Translations under genes and position numbers: made by a program
Source: Amoeboradix gromovi X-113
Taxonomy: Eukaryota; Fungi; Sanchytriomycota
Direction of reading: 5' to 3'
DNA length: 29,852 bases
Assembly (NCBI GenBank): GCA_018985225.1
Contig: JADGIF010000039.1
Location: forward strand, 1 to 29,852
Notes under the pieces: generated by a model
What the model was told of the DNA's origin: nothing
Database searches by the model: none
What the model saw: the letters and a program-made list of their open reading frames with translations, nothing else
Part shown: positions 24,315-29,852 of the stretch, one piece after another
Position numbering within the stretch: position 1 is the stretch's first letter
How the letters are laid out: every line of letters begins with the position of its first letter

Positions 24315-24998
24315 TCAAAAAATATTTTTATTTTTAAATTTAAACAACATTTTAAGAAAATCAGTAAACTTTAGTTCTGGCCAGCACTTGGTAACAAACA
24401 TAATCTGAGTCCCTTGGGAGCACTGATATAGTAAGAAATCTGATAATCTGTTTTCGCCACTTGTACGAACCAACAGGTCAGGATTAGATATTTCAAGATA
24501 TAAAGGAAAGTCTTCGAGACTGTCTTGAGTTTGGTTCATAGCCTTTTGTATTTCCCATGTAGACGAGTAGCCAAAACAGATATTTAAAAATAAGGAATTG
24601 TTTGACCTCGTAGAATCCTCAATTTCGCTGGCAACATGTTGCACCTCTTCAGGGAATCGGGTGACATCCCCAATAATTCTTATTCTTATGTCTTTTTCAT
24701 TCACAAAGCCTTTTTGATCTTGAAAACATTTAAATTTTTCTACTGCAAGTGACAATAAAAAATCAACTTCTTCTGGGCTACGATTGAAATTATCAAGAGA
24801 GAATGCATATATAGTTACTATTTTAATGTTGCTTTGTAGGCAATAATCTAAAATAGAAATTAAGGTGTTGAATCCTTCCATGTGTCCTTTGTTCTTATCA
24901 AGATTATGGCTGTGGGCAAATCGGCGGTTGCCATCCATTATGAACGCAATGTGCCGAGGACAATTTATTATTCTTAGTTTTGACAGCACTGAGATCAT
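24315..24998 (-). CDS. RER2: cis-prenyltransferase / dehydrodolichyl diphosphate synthase catalytic subunit (Rer2/DHDDS-like)
   Basis: PRHIAFIMDGNRRFA, GH..G, YAFSLDNFNRS.EEV..L, PDLLVRTSGENRLSDFLLYQ and WPE. First in-frame ATG is at 24998. Confidence 0.93.
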   Translation of the reverse strand: MISVLSKLRIINCPRHIAFIMDGNRRFAHSHNLDKNKGHMEGFNTLISILDYCLQSNIKIVTIYAFSLDNFNRSPEEVDFLLSLAVEKFKCFQDQKGFVNEKDIRIRIIGDVTRFPEEVQHVASEIEDSTRSNNSLFLNICFGYSSTWEIQKAMNQTQDSLEDFPLYLEISNPDLLVRTSGENRLSDFLLYQCSQGTQIMFVTKCWPELKFTDFLKMLFKFKNKNIF

Positions 24999-25147
24999 GA
25001 GAAACAAAATTGATTCACGGATAAACAGTAATTTTTAGTGCCGCTAATCTTATCATCAAGGAAATAAGAAAATTTGTTTAAAGAAGATATTCTATGACGG
25101 GATTCCGCTTAATTTAGTTTGAAATGTTTTTGTATCCCTGCTTCAAA

Positions 25148-26104
25148 ATGGAGTTCAAATATGGACCTTTAAGATCAATCGATCAACCTCATCTACAGTT
25201 TCGAGAAGAAATAAAATTAGTGGCTGAGGATGTTGGGTTATATGACAGAGATACCAGATTAACTGAATATGATCAAGGTACTGTTGCATTAAGTAATTTT
25301 TCACTATATTGGTACACAAACAATTTAATGATAGGTTTTTACTGTGACCAAATCTCTAGTATAGAAATGGTTCCTAGATTGCTTAGAAGGCACTCTAAAA
25401 TTAAAGTATATTTTAAAGAAAGTCTTTTGCAACTGTCCTTTCGTGGAGATACAAATGTTAGTGACTTCTTAAATGTATTTCAGTCAGTTCTCGATAAAAA
25501 AGAATGGCTCAACATGGGCGGTGTCCTTCATTTAATTAATAAAAACAAGCAGAGTGTTGCAGATAAAAAGGAATTAGTTAGTAATGCTTTCTCTAGTTTA
25601 GATAAGATACTGTTAAAAATGAATGAGCTTATAGAACTTGCTAAATCCAAAGACTACCTGTTACCGGATTTGCAAATAACTGATAATGTTAATGAAACTA
25701 TTTTTAATGTCATTCAACACGTTTTAAAGCAAAACCAGTTAGTAGATTTGCTCACCCTTTATTACATAGTTAACAAATCAAATCAATACCATAGCGTGTC
25801 CCCCAAAGAATTACAAATTGTTGTTAATGAGTTGGCTATAACCAATAAAATAGTTCATCGTGAGTTGAATGGTCATTCATTTGTTCAATCTTTGGAATTT
25901 GATGACAATGCCTTTATTGCCAAAGTTTCAAGCCTTTTTGATCACTACGAGGCAGTAAATGTTAGTTTAGTATCGTCAGAATTGGAGGTTCCATGGAAAA
26001 CTACTATGTTCATGCTTGAGTGGTTTTGCGAAAGTGGCACAGCCATAGTAAAGGATGATTGCCTTAACGAGACCTTGTATTATAAAAATAAACTCTTTAT
26101 ATAA
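25148..26104 (+). CDS. VPS36: ESCRT-II subunit VPS36/EAP45 (GLUE + winged helices, no NZF insert); alternative start 25124
   Basis: V.LYD......Y..G...L....L.W, S.KI, LSFRG, AFS.LD.......E...LA, SP.EL and C-terminal DD....LYY.N. Confidence 0.85.
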   Translation: MEFKYGPLRSIDQPHLQFREEIKLVAEDVGLYDRDTRLTEYDQGTVALSNFSLYWYTNNLMIGFYCDQISSIEMVPRLLRRHSKIKVYFKESLLQLSFRGDTNVSDFLNVFQSVLDKKEWLNMGGVLHLINKNKQSVADKKELVSNAFSSLDKILLKMNELIELAKSKDYLLPDLQITDNVNETIFNVIQHVLKQNQLVDLLTLYYIVNKSNQYHSVSPKELQIVVNELAITNKIVHRELNGHSFVQSLEFDDNAFIAKVSSLFDHYEAVNVSLVSSELEVPWKTTMFMLEWFCESGTAIVKDDCLNETLYYKNKLFI

Positions 26105-26131
26105 ATAAATTTTTTTGTCTCCAGTAGTTTT

Positions 26132-27397
26132 ATGGGAATTCAAGGCTTATTGAACAGCGTTAAATCAATTCAGCAGCCATTCAAAATATCATCCATCAAA
26201 GGGAAGCGAGTAGCTGTAGATGCTTTCGGTTGGTTGCATCTAGCATTATACCCATGTGCAGAAGACATATACTATAATAGAGAATACATGCAAAAAATGG
26301 TAAAATACTTCATGCAAAGAGTAACGAGATTAATACAGCATGATATAGATGTTCTCATTGTGTTTGATGGAATGAGGCTGCCCGCTAAACTGAATACACA
26401 TTCGCAACGTAATTTAAAGATACAAGAGTCTTTAGATAATGCTAAACGAAATATAAATATAAATATGGACACTGCACGTAAAAACATGCAATCGGCAGTG
26501 AAGGTAAATTCGCTGCATGTATTGGCTGTTCAAAAGGAGTTGAAGATTCATGGAATTAAGTTTATAGTGGCTCCATTTGAAGCAGACGCTCAATTGAGCT
26601 ATCTTTGTATAAATAAATACGTTGACTATGTGATTACAGAAGACAGCGATCTACTCGTTTATGGATGTCCTAAGATAATTTATAAACTCGATAAAATTCA
26701 ACAGGGCCAAGGGATACTTGTAGAATTAAAGGATCTAGGCAATGTCAAGGAAATGAACTTCAAGAATTGGACTCGAAATGAATTCAGAACCTTCTGTATA
26801 CTGTGTGGATGTGATTATTTGGACAACATCAAGAATATTGGACCTAAAAAGGCAAACCAGTTGGTCAATAAATTCAGAACATTGGAAAAGATCATTTACA
26901 ATATACGAGCAATGAAATCTACGGTTCCCGCAGGCTATTTCGAGCAATTTAAAAAGATCGAGAAGCTCTTTGTTTTTCAGTACGTTTTTGATCTAAAAAC
27001 AAAGCAAGTGGTCCATTTGAACAATGTACCAGATTGCTTTAAAGATGAAGTACGTAATTGGGAGCTGGGTACAAAATTAACTCAGAAAGAAGCGATGGAA
27101 ATGTGCTTCGGTAAAACATCGCCTCTCAACTATCAGCCCCAAGCACATTCGCAAGCTAAGCAGCCACCAGAAAGTTTGACGAGCATTTCTCTAGAGAAGC
27201 GTGTCATAGTCGTATGTCCTTTAGATAGTAACCTGCCTAAAAAGAGGCACTACGATGAGTCTCTAGAAAATGAAGTACCGAAATCAAATGCAAAACTGAT
27301 ATCGAGTATAGAATTTCGGGAAATGACAAACCCTATCAAAAAAGCAAAGAAGCGAGTCCCTAAGAATCCATTTTTTGAGAAATGGCTGGGAAAATAA
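26132..27397 (+). CDS. EXO1: Exonuclease 1 (XPG/Rad2 family)
   Basis: MGIQGLL, AVDA..WLH, VFDG..LPAK, VAPFEADAQL.YL, ITEDSDLLVYGC, CIL.GCDYL and F..QYVFD. Confidence 0.93.
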   Translation: MGIQGLLNSVKSIQQPFKISSIKGKRVAVDAFGWLHLALYPCAEDIYYNREYMQKMVKYFMQRVTRLIQHDIDVLIVFDGMRLPAKLNTHSQRNLKIQESLDNAKRNININMDTARKNMQSAVKVNSLHVLAVQKELKIHGIKFIVAPFEADAQLSYLCINKYVDYVITEDSDLLVYGCPKIIYKLDKIQQGQGILVELKDLGNVKEMNFKNWTRNEFRTFCILCGCDYLDNIKNIGPKKANQLVNKFRTLEKIIYNIRAMKSTVPAGYFEQFKKIEKLFVFQYVFDLKTKQVVHLNNVPDCFKDEVRNWELGTKLTQKEAMEMCFGKTSPLNYQPQAHSQAKQPPESLTSISLEKRVIVVCPLDSNLPKKRHYDESLENEVPKSNAKLISSIEFREMTNPIKKAKKRVPKNPFFEKWLGK

Positions 27398-27469
27398 ACG
27401 ATTTAGAAGTCTTGATTTCCGAGAAAATCAAGAATTTACATAAAGAAACTTCAAACCCCAAGCGGAATT

Positions 27470-27882
27470 AAGCAAGGGTATTATTCGCTACCTTGATGGC
27501 TCTATATACACCCCAATGATCATTGCCAATGCCCCTGGCAACACAGAATCCGTAAACAGAGTACTGATATGATTTGAATTCCCTTATTTTGCTAACTTGA
27601 TGCGACTATGGCTAGATGTCATCCTTTGAGAAATATCTGGAAACAATGCGTGCTTCCTGAATATCTCGTGAATGGTAGAGGAATATATTTGCTGGCACTG
27701 AGAGACATCTGATACTTCTTATGAAATAATTTGATCCGTAGCACTTCTTGATGTCTTCCTATTAGACGTGTTCTTGCTGTGGTGTTCGGAGCCATATGCT
27801 ATAGACAAGGAAAACAATTATCGAGATTTTATTCAAGAGCAAAGCTCTAGAAAATAATGCTGTTGAGCGATAATACCAGCTT
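27470..27882 (+). ncRNA. Candidate structured non-coding RNA (~410 nt), family unidentified
   Basis: No ORF of 60 aa or more. The ends pair (27477-27489 with 27866-27877, plus AAGC/GCTT). Internal hairpins include a GU-rich one at 27771-27811. AAACCCC lies upstream and AATAAA at 27889. Confidence 0.35.
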
Positions 27883-27917
27883 AGTAACAATAAATGCATT
27901 ATTTAATTAAAACAAAA

Positions 27918-28080
27918 TCCATTTTATTTATGACAAGGACGAGATATCGTAGCATTTGAGAGGTTGCTCAGACTATCTTTGATTGTAACTAATTTTACCT
28001 CAGCTAGAAGAGTCAAAAATACAGACCATTCGAGTGATAGATTTCATGCAATCACAGCATACGATTTTAAGTAAAATGGA
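27918..28080 (+). other. 163-nt fold-back element closed by a 13-bp inverted repeat (candidate structured RNA or MITE-like remnant)
   Basis: TCCATTTTATTTA (27918-27930) pairs with TAAGTAAAATGGA (28068-28080), one G-U. Nested stems at 27946-27953/28057-28065 and 27980-27986/28048-28054. Confidence 0.35.
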
Positions 28081-28085
28081 CGACT

Positions 28086-29852
28086 ATGAATCTCCCATCA
28101 AACATGACTTCTCCGACATTCACTTTTGAGACTTTGATTGCTGTGCTAAAGCAAAATGACAAAACGGCAATCCAAAAGGTAGCTAACGATTTATTAGAGT
28201 ACTATGAAACTGATGACTTTAAAATCGGTATAAATGAATTCAAAACAATAACCGATTTGTCATTAAGCGTAGACGATCCGGACACATTACTATTATTATG
28301 TAGCAAGTCTCTGTTTTTCGAGTCGAGCAAACCAGGTTTAGCCAAATTTGTAAGGAATGCAATTATCGCGAATGATACTTTATCATTTACAAAGGCAGTC
28401 GTAAAGATGGGATCCTTTGTGTTATTTCCTATTTTGTTCTCTTTAGATTTAACTGAACAAAATTTTCAAGAAAGCGTTTTGAGACTTGTGAAGTTGGACT
28501 TGAAGGGAGTTTTGTTGTGTTTATCGGAAACGAATGCGCATGATGATGGGATATATACGGTCTACGACATGCTTGTTACTCCATTTTTAGAAGATATCCA
28601 GGAACTAAATACTGTTATAAATACCCTTTCCAGTCAGATTAAGATTCCTTCATCTTTTGCTACTACACTGGTCAAGTTTGTAGTGTATTTGATTCCCAAG
28701 CACGAATTGTGCTTTAGTAATGCCAACTTTAACAAACTTTTACTTAAAGAGTATTCCATGATCGATGACCACTACTGTCAGCTGCTTTACAATTCCATTT
28801 TATTGGAAAAATGTGCAGATTATTCCCAATATACTAAGTCGAATGAGTTGCAGCTGCTCTGTCTAATGGTAAAACACACAACAGACATTGATTTATTGAA
28901 GTATCTCTTCCCTTGGCATTATATCCATTTGATTCCCCTTTTTTTAAATAAATTTAATGCTGAAGGGAATTCTAAATACATAAAACTAGTTATGCAGGTA
29001 TTCGAAACAGTAGATATATCAGCAGATATGAACATTGATGATTTCATATCAAGTTTGTTACTTGCATTGATAGATGTCGCAAATAATCAAGATTTGCAGC
29101 TGTTTTGCAAAGAATTACTACTATTTAGCAGATCGTTGATAGAAGATACTGGTGCGCAATGCACGGCAGTTTCTAAGGATTCTTACAACTATTTAGCCAA
29201 CAAACTAGGAGTAGAGGCTCTGAATATTGACACAAAAGAATTGGAGGATTCTAATGAGGACATACTCGATTTGATCTCCGATAAAGAGCCCAGCGTCATA
29301 GGATATGGTTTGCACATGATACAAAAGTATGATGAGCTTCTGTTTATATCGGTGTTAACTCTTTTCAACAGTTCCGATCCATTTGTTGTTTTGAGTGCTA
29401 TTCAGTGCATCATACGAATGAGCAGTGGTAAACTAGATGAGATAGTCAACTACATATTCGATAAAGAGCTTCATAATGATATAAGTTGGCTCTTCAACAT
29501 GTTGGAATTACTCAACAAACTTGTTTTACTCCATGGTGAAAACATATTCGCGACAAAACTTATCGAGATACCTTTGCGGCTACTAACCACAATTAAAAGT
29601 AGAGCATCCAAGTATACAAGCATTGCTTTATCAAGAAAAGAGTTGGCGAAGATAACAGAGGAATTGGAGTATAATGAAGAACTAATGTTGAGCAGAAATG
29701 TACTACGTGGCTCCTGCTTAAGCATATTACAATACAGTGTGAAATACGCTATAAAGAGTGTGCTACCTTATCTGAGTGAGGTGATATTAACGTCAGCTGC
29801 TATGCTTGTGAACTCAACCAATGATAGCAGAGTGTTGGCTATAAAAGAGAGC
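28086..29852 (+). CDS. Alpha-helical repeat protein, RNA polymerase II assembly factor Rtp1/TANGO6-like; 3' end lies beyond the window (start 28086 or 28104)
   Basis: Missing from the ORF track because there is no stop; I translated 589 open codons. LISDKEPSVIGYGLHMI, SSDPFVVLSAIQCI and LRGSCLSIL resemble Rtp1/TANGO6 C-terminal blocks (L.D...PVR..GL..L, D.DS.V.L.AI, LR.S.LS.L). Confidence 0.7.
   Translation, partial: MNLPSNMTSPTFTFETLIAVLKQNDKTAIQKVANDLLEYYETDDFKIGINEFKTITDLSLSVDDPDTLLLLCSKSLFFESSKPGLAKFVRNAIIANDTLSFTKAVVKMGSFVLFPILFSLDLTEQNFQESVLRLVKLDLKGVLLCLSETNAHDDGIYTVYDMLVTPFLEDIQELNTVINTLSSQIKIPSSFATTLVKFVVYLIPKHELCFSNANFNKLLLKEYSMIDDHYCQLLYNSILLEKCADYSQYTKSNELQLLCLMVKHTTDIDLLKYLFPWHYIHLIPLFLNKFNAEGNSKYIKLVMQVFETVDISADMNIDDFISSLLLALIDVANNQDLQLFCKELLLFSRSLIEDTGAQCTAVSKDSYNYLANKLGVEALNIDTKELEDSNEDILDLISDKEPSVIGYGLHMIQKYDELLFISVLTLFNSSDPFVVLSAIQCIIRMSSGKLDEIVNYIFDKELHNDISWLFNMLELLNKLVLLHGENIFATKLIEIPLRLLTTIKSRASKYTSIALSRKELAKITEELEYNEELMLSRNVLRGSCLSILQYSVKYAIKSVLPYLSEVILTSAAMLVNSTNDSRVLAIKES

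Noticed and set aside
25148-26104. Functional clustering of VPS36 (ESCRT-II) with the PacC-like gene
   Set aside because: They are 22 kb apart among unrelated genes, so co-occurrence is expected by chance in a dense genome.
27516-27712. C/D-box snoRNA cluster (four CTGA motifs)
   Set aside because: No canonical RTGATGA C box and no convincing 10-nt or longer rRNA-complementary guide that I could verify.
28004-28022. 19-nt GT..AG on the - strand giving a 34-aa spliced ORF
   Set aside because: No A at -6, no preceding G, and the peptide is unrecognisable.

Overview
Eukaryotic, AT-rich, very gene-dense nuclear DNA using the standard genetic code (TAA/TAG/TGA all act as stops). It is most likely from an early-diverging, probably flagellated fungus with a reduced genome; this is inferred from PacC- and Met30/SconB-type genes and an alpha-tubulin that keeps Lys40. 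About 15 protein genes are packed with spacers of mostly 18-270 bp: a TMA17-like coiled-coil protein, CWC22, a PacC/Rim101-like zinc finger, SmD3, alpha-tubulin, Met30/SconB F-box-WD40, TVP23, a giant ~4,550-aa cell-surface protein (IPT/TIG-like repeats, cadherin-like modules, Cys-rich linker, ~9 TM), acetylornithine aminotransferase, DGAT2, PKA regulatory subunit, cis-prenyltransferase, VPS36, EXO1 and an Rtp1/TANGO6-like gene that runs off the right edge. Main observation: four genes that the ORF track splits or truncates are each interrupted by one GT-AG intron of exactly 20 nt. All four share the consensus G|GTAWTWnnnnRnTMAYnTAG, with the presumptive branch A fixed 6 nt from the 3' end, pointing to an ultra-short, length-locked splicing system. 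Also notable are the giant receptor-like protein (retaining its intron would give a TM-less form), microsporidia-like CCC/GGG pre-ATG motifs, stop-adjacent AATAAA signals, and a 690-bp ORF-free interval holding two candidate structured RNAs.
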